NCBI RefSeq assembly: GCF_001194135.2
Contig: NC_068991.1
Coordinates: forward strand, 6,029,834 to 6,093,833
DNA: 64,000 bases
Direction: 5' to 3'
From: Octopus bimaculoides
Lineage: Eukaryota
Shown: one piece after another, positions 1 to 11,763 of the stretch
Layout of the letters: every line of letters starts with the position of its first letter
How positions within the stretch are numbered: position 1 is the first letter of the stretch
Translations under genes and position numbers: made by a program
Notes under the pieces: generated by a model
What the model saw: the letters and a program-made list of their open reading frames with translations, nothing else
Databases searched by the model: none
Told to the model about the DNA's origin: nothing

Positions 1-78
1 GTCGAGGTCGGCAACAAGTCAGAAAATAAAAGCTAGAATCACAGTTCATTATATATATATATAACCTTCTACATTATA

Positions 79-109
<31 letters not shown>

Positions 110-1089
110 GGATCTTTCTGTATATATATATATATAACGTGTATGTATATATATATTATAATGTCTTATGTTTGGGTTAAATTTCAAACTAATACTTCCC
201 AAGATTTGTTTGAGAAATGAATAACGAAACCTCATTTAGAATTGAAGCTCTGCTCAATTTGTTATTGTGTAGTGCGTGTGTACATGTATGTGTGTATGCA
301 GACAGAGAGAGAGAGAGATGTTTTCCCAAGACACAATATAGAGAGAGAGACATATATTGCAGACACACATACATAAAACTACAGATATTTTATGCATAAA
401 TTTCCTCTCAGTTGTGAGTGTATGTAAATATCCATGCATGTAAGGCATGCCAATACACGTCGTATGTGTTTGATACAGTGAGGCGAGTGAGGGAGGGGAC
501 TGATTCTAAAAATTCTAGCCATACGAGGCATTTTCGAGTCTTAAACTTAACTCTTCATGGCTGAGAGCGAGCACTAATAATTGTAATTTATTCAGTCTTT
601 AATATCTGTATGTTTATTTTTAGGTTTTTCATCAGTTATTTCACACATAAAATTCATCATGTAGACCCTGATTTTATAACTAATCCTATATAAATATATA
701 TATTTATATATGTATCTATATGTACATGTAGATGAAGGTATGTACATATATATGCATATACTCATATATTGTTTATATATATGTATATGTATCGTGTGTG
801 TGTGTATTCATATATTTAGTGGTGGTCTGGAGAAATGTCTGTTTATATAGTCAGCCCGTTCGCATGTGTATTGAAATGTGGTAGCTTTTCTTTATTTGGA
901 AATTTAATGTCGAAATTTTAAAAAAATTAACACAGAAATGCTATTAGTTAGAAATATTCCTTCTAATATACTGTCAGAAATTGTTTTGCAACAATAATGG
1001 TAAAAAAAAAGTTTTTATTATTATATTCTGCGCGAAGTGTGTCTTTCACTCCACCTTTTCCCGAATTACACGACATTAAAGCTCTACTT

Positions 1090-1173
1090 CCGGAATCCAC
1101 ACAGTAGCAGAGAGAGAGAGAATTAAACAAAAAAAAACCCCTCACTTTAAATTAGAGATAACTTTGTAAAATG
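1090..1173 (+). other. Candidate first exon ending at a strong donor (start boundary unknown)
   Basis: ATG|GTGAGT donor at 1174, just downstream of the ETS-like motif. Confidence 0.3.
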
Positions 1174-1299
1174 GTGAGTTGGAATTTTATTTAGTAATCA
1201 TAATCTACTAGCTATGGGTTTGCATTAGACAACAGACACTGTGTTTTTGAGTGATGAAGTTGGCCCCAAAACAGCCAGATAAAAAGCCAAGTTGGTCTT

Positions 1300-1374
1300 T
1301 TTTGGTCGTCTTCGAGGCGCAATGCATGCTGGGGGATTGCGAACTTGTTTAATATGGCGCTGACCAGATGGGAG
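1300..1374 (+). other. Candidate alternative first exon (start boundary unknown)
   Basis: CpG-rich segment with AATATGGCG. ATG at 1354 reads MALTRWE, then GAG|GTAATG donor at 1375. Confidence 0.25.
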
Positions 1375-1581
1375 GTAATGTTATTTATTTCTACTAAACA
1401 CAGCTTTATTAGCTTCAGCTTTCTTTTCCAGAACCATTACGTGCATTCTAGAATTCTATTAACGGATAGCTTTCTCACTTCCATTCATCTGATTGTCTAT
1501 ATTCACTTAACGATGTTGTTAGCTCGATTCTAATGTTGCTTTGCTGCACCAACACACATACACATATATATACATACATAC

Positions 1582-1612
<31 letters not shown>

Positions 1613-4600
1613 ATTAGGGACAAAATCCAAAATTACAGGTAAAAACTCAATTAAAATCAATTTATAAAAAATTAAAATTAAATTGAGCTTTACAGAGTAA
1701 AATATATATATACATATACATACATACATACATATATACATGTGGCTACTTATGCACACCCTCTCGTCTATCTTGAATTTTTTTTCTTTTAATAAATTGT
1801 CTTCCTTAATCGTAATTTTCCCTCATCTCCAGATGTCTATGTAAATACACAAACGGCTTTTTTTCTTTCTCTCCCTGAAATACCATTTAAGCATCCAGAT
1901 CGATGTCTTGTATGGCATTAAGAGGCATCCCTCCTCTTCTAGTTGTAACTTGTTTCCTCGACTCTGGATTATGGCATCGTTTGTAATTTCATTCCTACAT
2001 TCATACACGACTATATTTCTTCTTGCAATGTCTAATTTCTCGTTTCTACACCTAAAATCAACTGCATTTATCCTCGACTTTCTCTCACCTATCTCCCACT
2101 CACTTCCTACGTGTCGCAGCCTGCTGTTTTCAACATCAACATTTGCCAGAATTTCTCCTTTTCTATTTAAAAACGAAACCGAATTTTTCGAAACTTTCTT
2201 AATTTACTAATAGAATAAAATACGTTGAGTCTATTCCGTTGTTTAAACTCACTTATTATATCCTCTTTTCTATCGAATTTCAACTTCTCGATGTCGATCT
2301 GAGACAAGAAAGTCAGAAAGGTTAGAAAATTTCCATGATGCGGCCATTTCTTGACATCTGGTTTACAACCAGAGCTAATTTGTTTCTTATAACTTTCAGT
2401 TTTATGTTTTAACAAAATGATTTTACAAAGCTCTTCTTCCTACCAATGTACAACGATGCTATGACAGTAATTACTTTTAATCTTCATTCTTGTTGAATCG
2501 TTAAATTTCCTTCTCTTAAATCCTTAATTATAACTGTTTAGCAAGAACTGTTATCTCTAGATATGGAAGCCGAAAAACTGTTTTATTTCACGGTTTGAAT
2601 TATTTTCTACAATAATCCTACCCACAGCAAAGATTTTGATGAGAAAATATTACACAGCTTCATTGTCTTTCAAGAGCTATATATATTTTTAATTTATAAA
2701 AAAAATCCTTTACTGCAACCAACCTCCACGTCGGTGTGTTGTTTCTTTTTAGCTGGTGCCATCCTTTTGAAATTTCTGTTTGTATTGAAGAAACATCAGT
2801 GAAGCGTTGAAGACGCTTTTCGAAATAGTTTTTCTTTAACATTTCTCAAGAATAGAGCGATGCTTTCAAAGATTTCCACAACAACTGAACACCATAAATG
2901 TAGTTTCGCAGGGATTTTTTAAAAATTTCTGTTGCCACCTCTCTTGGAATGAATTCCAGTTGTATTCCTGAATATTACCCCGTTACTCTACTAATAAATT
3001 GTTCAAGAACATATTTATTATTCAGGTCAAACTTGTAAGATTTTATTCTTCATTCTGAAAAGAAAAACACCACGACCAATTAATATTTTACTGACGAAAC
3101 ACTAATTAAATATTGTTTCTAGTTTTCGCGCATTCTATTGTTTCACTTTAATATAATTGTCAAGTTTCTTTCGCTTGATGTTTAGCATCGTGCAACATCT
3201 TAATTCTTAGAATAAACAAAAAAGATTTTCATACATGTCCCATTGATGAAGATGTCAGTGTGTGTGTGTAATGTTTTTATTGACTATAAATGTGATGTTA
3301 TTTGATAAAGAGATATTGAATGTGGCTGTTGTAAACTTGTGCACAACATGTATATCAGTTTCGAAGCCGAAGCTTGCACGTTTTCCACGACGTTTATAAT
3401 TAATTTGGTGGGAATTTATTATTATTATTATTATTACTACTACTATTATTATTATTATTATTATTACTACTACTATTATTATTATTATTATTATTGCTAT
3501 CGTTGATGATGAAAGTTGAACTGGGCTGATTGTCAAAATTCACTTTCGTCGAGGCACAGAAAGAGAGAGATATATATATATAGAGAGAGGGAGTGGTTGA
3601 GAAAGATATATATATATAGAGAGAGAGGGAGGGGGTTGAGAAAGATATATATAGAGGGAGGGGGTGGAGAGAGAAAGAGAAAGAATAAGTGAGAGAGGCG
3701 GAGGGAGAAGCGACTTTAATATCTCGTAAACATCAGGTGTTTTACTACTACTACTACCACCACCACCACTACGACTACTACTAGTCTTTACTACTATTAC
3801 CACTATTACTGTCAGCAACAACCTCTGCTCCATTTTAACTTTTCTCTCTTCAAACAGCCTGTCTCATACAAACACATACACGCACTCTCTCTCTTTTCCA
3901 CTTGCTCTACATCAAAACAACAAACTAACCCCATAATACTTCTCTTTCTCACTCTCTTCTTCTACACCAATATTCCTTCATTTTAAGTCTAGATTTATTA
4001 TTATTGTTTTTGTTATTAACGTCGAAGTCTGAGCGAGGGGTCACTGCCTCTTATTATTAATTGTGTTGTTGTTCATGATTTCGGGTAATAAAACGAGGGG
4101 AGGGACTTTGATTTTTATTTCTTCATTTATGTCGGGTCTATTCCCGTTTAGTTGGTTGTTAGTTACAAACTTGTGTGTGTGTGTTATGGCACTATTTTCA
4201 TCTCAGTTGACGACTCCATCACTAAATCCTATGGTATTTTTTTTCTTTTTCAAATAAAATGGTGATTTTCATCGTGTTTCTATACAACATATCTAGTTCT
4301 GGCAAGCTTTTCTTTAATATATTTCTATATATTTTATATATTTCCCGTTTATCATTGACATTTGTCTTATTAACCTTCAGTGAGAAATAGGGGAAGGATT
4401 TTTGTCTTTTTTAAAAAAAAATTTAGTCGTACAATTTTTAATGCGATTTCAGTTAAATTTTTTAAATTATTATAAAAAAAGTTGGTTTTTTATTGTCAAA
4501 TGTTTAAATGATGTTAAAAAATGTTGAGAAAGTGAAGAAAATGGAAATTTGATTTTGATTTTTGTAACAGTTATTAGGGAGAGAGAGAGAGTGAGACTAA

Positions 4601-4897
4601 AAAGTTGGTGGCGAACTTGTTGAATATAATTGTTGTTGTCATAGTTCAGTGTGGGTCGAGGAGAAAGCTCACTGGGAGACTTTTAGAGATAAATATATAA
4701 TGAAATAGTGTAGTGTACTTATAAAATGAGCACACTGACTAAATATTAATAAATGGGCACAGGCTGATGTGAAATGATGTCGGTGGTTGCGCAGTGATGT
4801 GACAAACGATGAGAAGTTCACATGGTTGGAGTTGGTGTGTTTATTCTGCCACAACATTTTTAAAGTGGGTCACTGCAAACTTGAGATAGTTGCTTAC

Positions 4898-5120
4898 CTT
4901 CTCAACACTACTGACCACCGTTCGTTTACTTGTTGCCAGCACAAGCAAAGACCTGCTGCTTTTTAAACCGAGCTACATATACGCCACCAGCACAACAAAC
5001 CTCTCTTCGAGACCAGCCAACAAATAAATTTGGGAAGGAGCTTGCTTGTGGCTGCCTGACATATTGCAGTCGGCAACCAAGAATTAGTGCTAAAATAGAG
5101 TCGGCAGCGAACATCATGGT
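4898..5120 (-). other. Candidate first exon of a divergent minus-strand transcript (upstream boundary unknown)
   Basis: Minus-strand GAGAAG|GTAAGC donor at 4897 in CpG-rich sequence. A strong minus-strand acceptor (GTGTTTTTCTTTTCAG|AATG) lies downstream at 3055/3054. Confidence 0.4.
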
Positions 5121-5428
5121 TCATAAACTAACAACACTTTTATTTTGAAAAACTAGATTCAAACCCAATTTATTTTCCCCGTTAAATAAATAAAATAACA
5201 ATCAAATTCTGATTTCAGTTATATTTCAAGCCAACTCTCTATGGAGTTTTAAAGATTTTTGTTTCTATGAATGCCAATTTTTCATAGTTAAAAATAACTA
5301 GTAATCTTGGTTGAAAAACGAATTGGTTTTATTATAAAGATTTTTCCACTAATCTCGCACTAACATTACTTGTGTAAATAATTGTTTTGTTTACTAAACT
5401 ATAAATTATTTATTTGACTTGCTGTAAG
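5100..5428 (+). other. Candidate non-coding first exon of the plus-strand gene (start boundary unknown)
   Basis: Consensus donor AAG|GTGAGT at 5429, followed by a T-rich, intron-like stretch. Confidence 0.4.
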
Positions 5429-6899
5429 GTGAGTCAAAAGAGTTTTTTTTCTTATTTTGTCTTTTATTTTTCTTAACTTCAGTTCTTCCTAACAGTTTTT
5501 TTTTTCTCTCTTAGTAGTAACCTCAATTTCTCTCTCTCTTGACAACTTTTCTTTTACTTACTCCCTTTTCACTGTTTTAGACCTTGCATGACCCAGATAA
5601 CTAAATGTAGGAGATCCAAAGGTTCACAAGTGTTTTTATTTTGTTATTTTAACCGACGTTAGTTGTTGAGTGGAAAAAGATCTTTCATATTATTTTAAAT
5701 ACAAGTTTAGAAGTAGAGGTCGAACACAAAGTGGTCGCTTGTCGAAAAATCAACACTTTAAATTCTTGCTTGATACCAATAGAAGTTCTCTTTCAACACT
5801 TTAAAAACATATAGTGTGTACATGTATGTATACATGTATGTGTATGCCTGTGTGTGTATATATTTATAATGATTTAAGAGAATTCTATTTTCATACATCA
5901 CTTTAAAGTGAATTCTTCTGCATTTATTATTAATTCAAAGATTTTCAGACGATGTAATATTTCGAGGATTGAGAATATTTTTAATTAGTTTTAGGCGATG
6001 AGAATTGTTGCATTAGTTTGCAGCAACATAATATTCTAAAAAACGAAAATGATATTAGTTTGTGTCAAGACAAAATTTAGCCTCCTTCATTCATCCACAA
6101 TAAACCTTATCAAAAGTGAAGACTTGTTACTGTCTAAAGGTTTAAAATTGACTCTGATTAAATTGCTCTAATTGTAATTTCCAATGTCAAGCAATTAACA
6201 TTTAGAATATGTTGTATTTATTCAAGTTATAGATTATGATAAAATTCCCTAATTATATCTAGTAAGTATGATTATCAAGGATGTACCAGCGTGTTTTTTT
6301 AACTTTGTAAAATAAAGACAGAAAAATTACACTATGACACAAACTGAGAATTAACGTGCAAAATTATATTTACATAGTATCTAATAAATGAATTTATAGC
6401 TAGGTGTGTGTATAAGTAACGCCTGGCCCATAGCACAGCATTGATCATTTTTTCACAAGTTGCATATGAGTTTTTTAGAAACAATTAGCACAAACACACA
6501 CACACACACACACACAGAGATATGTAGAACGTTCTCTGATGTATTTCATCCTCAACCCCTATTGACGTGTGTGTGTGTGTGTACACGCACAATACATACA
6601 CGTGAAACTGGTTGACATAGGCGACACCTTTATATTTCAGCAAGCACAAGGGATAACTGCAGGGTGAGAGCTGTGGCCAATATTGCTAGGAATGTAGGAC
6701 AAGTAAATACATAGCAAGCCTTCGCTGACATGAGACTGAATTATGATTAAATGAAAAGAAGAAAAATACGAATTCTTTAGCCTTTATGTTTCTCTGGAAC
6801 GTTAATATTTTGCACCTATCCACATGAGCTGTGGCCATTCAAAGTAGGGGGGCGGGTAACAGATAAAGAGGCAGGTATCATAAATCTATCGCATAGTCA

Positions 6900-7330
6900 T
6901 ATATATAAGAAGTTCACCATATGTGTGTTTGTGTGTATTGCTCTCTTGTGTGCCTATGTACATACGTGTACATGATTTATGTTGTGTAATTAGGCCTCTG
7001 TTTGTACAATCTGTGTATGCACGTGTATATCACACGTGTATGTAGATAGATATGCATATGTGAATGTGTGTTCGTGTATATATTTGTGTGTATATGTATA
7101 TATATATATATATGTATGAACGTGCATGCATACATATATGTATATACATGTGTAAATGCAGATATGCATGTATAAATGAAATTTGTATATATATATATAT
7201 ATGTGTATTTAATTGATAGATACATAGATGTGTGTGTGTATGCGTGCGTGCACATGAATATGTAATTGGATATATTTGACTATATTTGCATGTGTGTATA
7301 TATAAATATATTCAAGTATAGCTATGTATG
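6900..7330. repeat. Degenerate alternating purine-pyrimidine microsatellite, (TA/TG/CA)n
   Basis: Seen directly. Confidence 0.9.
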
Positions 7331-7344
7331 TATAAATACATTTT

Positions 7345-7488
7345 GGCGTTAGGAAGGGCATCCAGCTGTAGAAACTCTGCCAAATCAGATTGGAGCCTGG
7401 TGTAGCCATCTGGTTTCACCAGTCCTCAGTCAAATCGTCCAACCCATACTAGCATGGAAAGCGGACGTTAAACGATGATGATGATGAT
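7345..7488 (+). mobile_element. SINE 3' part with RTE-like tail ending GGACGTTAAACGATGATGATGAT
   Basis: Same motif recurs at ~13848-14030(-), 14685-14880(-), 19620-19870(+), 24183-24396(+), 25178-25500(-), 27512-27680(-), 27790-27985(+). Confidence 0.85.
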
Positions 7489-7924
7489 ATATAATATTAT
7501 TATAATGTTCATTACGTGAGTGTTCTGTGATCCATAATATCCCCTTGTCAATGTATCTATGTGATTGGAATCTAATAATGAGCAATGCAAGATGAGTGGC
7601 AGCTACATAAACTTCAGGTTTGATTTCAGAGTGCTTTCTCTAGTACTTCTCACGTCAAAGGGTACCTCGAAGTCAGCCGGGTTTTCAGAAGAAACATATT
7701 TGTGTGTGCTGTTGGATGGCCATTGGTTCTCTTAAGTTCATTCACTCTTCAAGTGTTCCTGTATTTTACCCCTCTCTGTCCAAAAATCACCCTCTCCATC
7801 ATGTAAGCCAGGCAACCCAGCGATGCAACAGGTTGTAGTGTGTTGTATTTACCAGCAACACTGAAGAATGATCTTGCACTCTGTGTGTGTGTGTGTGTGT
7901 GTGCATCTCTATTTCTTTTTTTTT

Positions 7925-8215
7925 AAATTCGTTTATTTGTCTCAGTCGTTTGATTGCGGCCATGCTGGAGCACCGCCTTTAGTTGAACAAATCGACCCCA
8001 GGACTTATTCTTTGTAAGCCTAGTACTTATTCTATTGGTCTTTTTTGCCAAACCACTAAGTTACGAGGGACATAAACACACCAACATCGGTTGTCATGCA
8101 ATGGTGGGCAGACAAGCACACGCACACACACATATGACAGGCTTCTTTCAGGCTTTGGTCGACTCCAGGTGCCATGCAGTGGGATGAGAACCCAGAACCA
8201 TGTGGTTGGTAGACA
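7925..8215 (-). mobile_element. tRNA-derived SINE, partial
   Basis: Aligns by eye with the copies at 57815-58178 and 58870-59232. Confidence 0.8.
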
Positions 8216-8269
8216 CACATGTATGTGTAGTGTGTAAATATTTATATACACAAGTATATTAGAAATATA

Positions 8270-8271
8270 TA

Positions 8272-8311
<40 letters not shown>

Positions 8312-8344
8312 AAATGTTTTTTTCTGCTTGTGTGTGTGTGTGTG

Positions 8345-8412
<68 letters not shown>
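8270..8412. repeat. (TG)n/(TA)n microsatellite tract
   Basis: Seen directly. Confidence 0.95.
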
Positions 8413-8413
<1 letters not shown>

Positions 8414-8439
8414 ATATACATCTATATAGTGTCTATGTA

Positions 8440-8815
8440 GTTGTGCAGCAAGAAGTTTGCTTCCCAACCACATAGTTCTGGTTTCAGTTTCACTGAGTTT
8501 TCTGCGATAGCCCTGGGCCAACAAAAGCAATACTTGTGAATTTTTGTAGATGGAAACTGAAAGAAGCCCATCATGTATATGTGGGAGTGTATATATGTGT
8601 GTTTGTATCTTGACATCATGTAACAGTTGCAAATGCATGTCACTGTCATGTAAGCAGTGTGTCATTTGTTTTCCAATAACCTACAAGAGCATGCCTTGAC
8701 ATGGGGAAATATCTTGCTTGGAAACAGGGAAGTGTTGGCAACAGGAAGGGCTTCTGGCCATTGAAAATCTGCCTCAATCTCCATCCGACTCAGGCAAGCA
8801 TAGAAAAGTGGATGA
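8440..8815 (+). mobile_element. tRNA-derived SINE, degenerate
   Basis: Head AAGTTTGCTTCCCAACCACATAGTTCTGGTTTCAG and core ATGGAAACTGAAAGAAGCCC shared with other copies. Confidence 0.75.
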
Positions 8816-9062
8816 TAGCATATATGTGTATATATGTATTGGTGTATGTGTATATATATATATATATAGCTGGTGCATGATGCAGTAGTGTAAAATAAAC
8901 CAACTTTAGATCAGTTCAAACATGTAGAAAGGTAGTTTCAATTGTGGTCTGACAGAAAAATTCTTGCTTTAGGCAAAAGGTATTGAATACCAAAACCAGT
9001 TCTGAGCCGCCTTTATGGACTGGTAGATGCATTTTGAGCTTCTTTTGTTTTCTTCAGTACCA

Positions 9063-9096
<34 letters not shown>

Positions 9097-11219
9097 CGTC
9101 ACCTGAATTTTACTTTGGTCCAGCAGCATATGATGCAACTTCTGTGCACCCTGTATTGAAATTGATATGAATTTTTGTACTTGTGACCACCTGGTTTAGT
9201 GCTTTTAGACTCAGCCTGCTGCAGGTCTAACCTGACATGGTCACAGCCCAATGACTGAAACATGTAAAAGATGAAATGTTTTGCCCCACATCTCTTTATC
9301 AGTGAAAAGACAAAATGGAGTTTGCTTCCTTTGTTGTAGTGTTGCACAAGCTTTAACTGTTTCAGAACATCTCTAAAACCATGTAAACAGCTTCCAGTCA
9401 ACCCAAAACAGTAATTTAACATGCTTGTGACTTCCTGCTCCCAACTAAAAATGCTCCCTACCATTTGGCTCAATTCTTAGGCATCACTTATTATTCTATT
9501 CACATCTAGGATGCACTATAGCTGGTTTTCATGGGACAAAACGAGTTTCCTGGGCTGTTATGGGGATAGAATAATAGTATGAAGGCATGCGCTGTAACAG
9601 CTTGTTGCTACATCCACCATCTGTTGGTGATTCCTTTCTCCTTGCAGATGATATCTTTGTATGTACCACTTAGTTGACAACCCTCCAACCTAATGTCTGT
9701 TTGGGTACTTGTTACTGATGAGGGTTTTTATGAGGTCAAAGTGCAACTTCTACCACATCCTCTTATTTGTTTTTTTGTGGCACACAGGAAATGATGGGTG
9801 TATTCTTTGACATGCCAGTCCCCACACACTGTGAAATAGGAGCCAGGCAAATTGCCATGTTTTAAAACAAGTGAAGCATTTGAACCATTTACAACTTAAA
9901 AAATTGTCCCAACATTGTATTGACAAGGGGATTTTGTGGTGTGCTCAAGGTGTTTTCTTGAGAATATGAATGTAATTGGACCCCTTTTATCTCAAACTGA
10001 TAAATTTGTGTTAACCTCATTCTGGATGGTCTCATTTAATTCATCTACTGCAGCTTTGTTGCCAATGTTTTCCTTTGTTTTGAGTTCCTCTTTGGCAGTT
10101 TTATATATATATTAGTCTTTGTCAAATTGTAAAATTTCCTCTTTTTTTTTTTTTTTTCCAATTTTTTTTTTACTATAGTTCAAAATTTTTAAAAAAAATT
10201 AAATTGTTTTCATGTTTTATAAATAACATTGCCTGTAAAAAGAGCGAACAAGAAAGTAAAGAGCAGGCTTAGAAATGATGGTGTTCTTGTTTAATCGAAC
10301 CAAAAGTTCAGGATTAGAAGTGGCAGCTCAAGAATATTAAAGCTGAAGTTGGAATTGAAATTTAAAAAAAAAAATTGTTTTTACTTGTTATGTTTGTCTA
10401 CATAGAAACACTACAGAACAGGAATGTCAGCTCACAATATCAAGCCATCGAAGACTTCCTGAATTAGGGATCTTAACTTTGGAATGCAAGATAAAAGTAC
10501 AAACCACTGACTTGTGTTATTTTTTATAACTATTTTGGTTTTAAAAACATTTAAAAACATCTGTATCCGACGGTACTTCATGCAAACGGTGTTGTTTTTA
10601 GTTCCAATTAAATGTTGAAGTATATCCCTCTTTTGGTTGCATCTCCTTCTATGAAGAATTTTATATGGAACTTTCTATATTTATTCTCTATAAAATAAAA
10701 TGGATGATGGGATAGGATTTGCAATGGAGATGGAGCCTGTCTTTCAAAACTTAGAAATGCTTAGCTACCTTCCTCATGTTTTTCCAACAATTGCTGAGTT
10801 GACATTTTATGCATACAGAAATTTGAGCTCATTTAGTGGTGGTGGTGGTGGTGGTGGTGGTGGGAGAGTGACTAGGATGCACTTTAACTTGTCTAGTAAC
10901 AGTCAACTAGGCAACTGAATGAGCGAATGTGGGAGGACCCTTTAGTTTTGCTTCAGACACGATTGCCTCTCTAGTGCTGGTAACACAAAAAAAAAAAAAC
11001 CTTCAGTACATTTTGTAAAGCGGTTGGGAAGGACCAAAAACAAAAAAACCCAAGTAAGATGATAGGTTCCTTTGATCTGTCCAAGTGAACAGCACTCCCT
11101 GGATATGTGCTGATTCCAGCCATGGCAACTTGTCCAATTTATGCCAGCATGGAAATCATATGTAATATGATGATTATATGAATATATATACACATGTATC
11201 GTGTATATATTCATCATCA

Positions 11220-11700
11220 GTTTACTGACAGTTTCTTTAATAGTATACCATCAATTGTCTTAAGATTGTCGAAGTTGCCAGTTCCCTTAGCATGAAACAG
11301 TAACAGTCTGAGACGAAGCCTTTCTTCTCTTGTCTTAGAGAAGAGTCTTACAATAATTTACTCCCCTCTTCTTTTGTCAAACATGAAATGACATCACCAT
11401 ATAACGACTGTCTTCCATTTTTATATTATTAAGGACAAACCATTCTGTGGAAGACTGTTGTCGGGAGCAGCTTTCCAATGCTTGTACCTTTTCACTTTCT
11501 TTGAAATAGGCAGATTCTTGAAGTTGCAAATGTACTGACCAGCATATAACATGTCGAGCGTTTTGTTTTCATGTAATTGCCATGTCACTTCAGATCCTGT
11601 ACCTTCTATCACGATGGCATTTTACTTCATCATATACAGCTTCCCTGTTTGCTAGCCTTTCATTTATATCAAAATTAATAATATATTTATATATTCATAC

Positions 11701-11763
<63 letters not shown>

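Larger units (their letters stand above)
1..6500. promoter_or_regulatory. CpG-retaining 5' regulatory region (probable unmethylated promoter domain)
   Basis: CG dinucleotides are visibly frequent to ~6.5 kb and scarce in the downstream introns outside young repeats (qualitative). Recognisable SINEs are largely absent. ETS-like ACTTCCGG at 1086-1093, YY1-like AATATGGCG at 1351-1359 and AAATGGCCGC on the minus strand at 2340-2349. Several strong splice donors. Confidence 0.5.

Noticed and set aside
8027-8665. 212-aa minus-strand ORF and similar YIYI/HTHT/IIII ORFs
   Set aside because: Translations of microsatellites and SINEs
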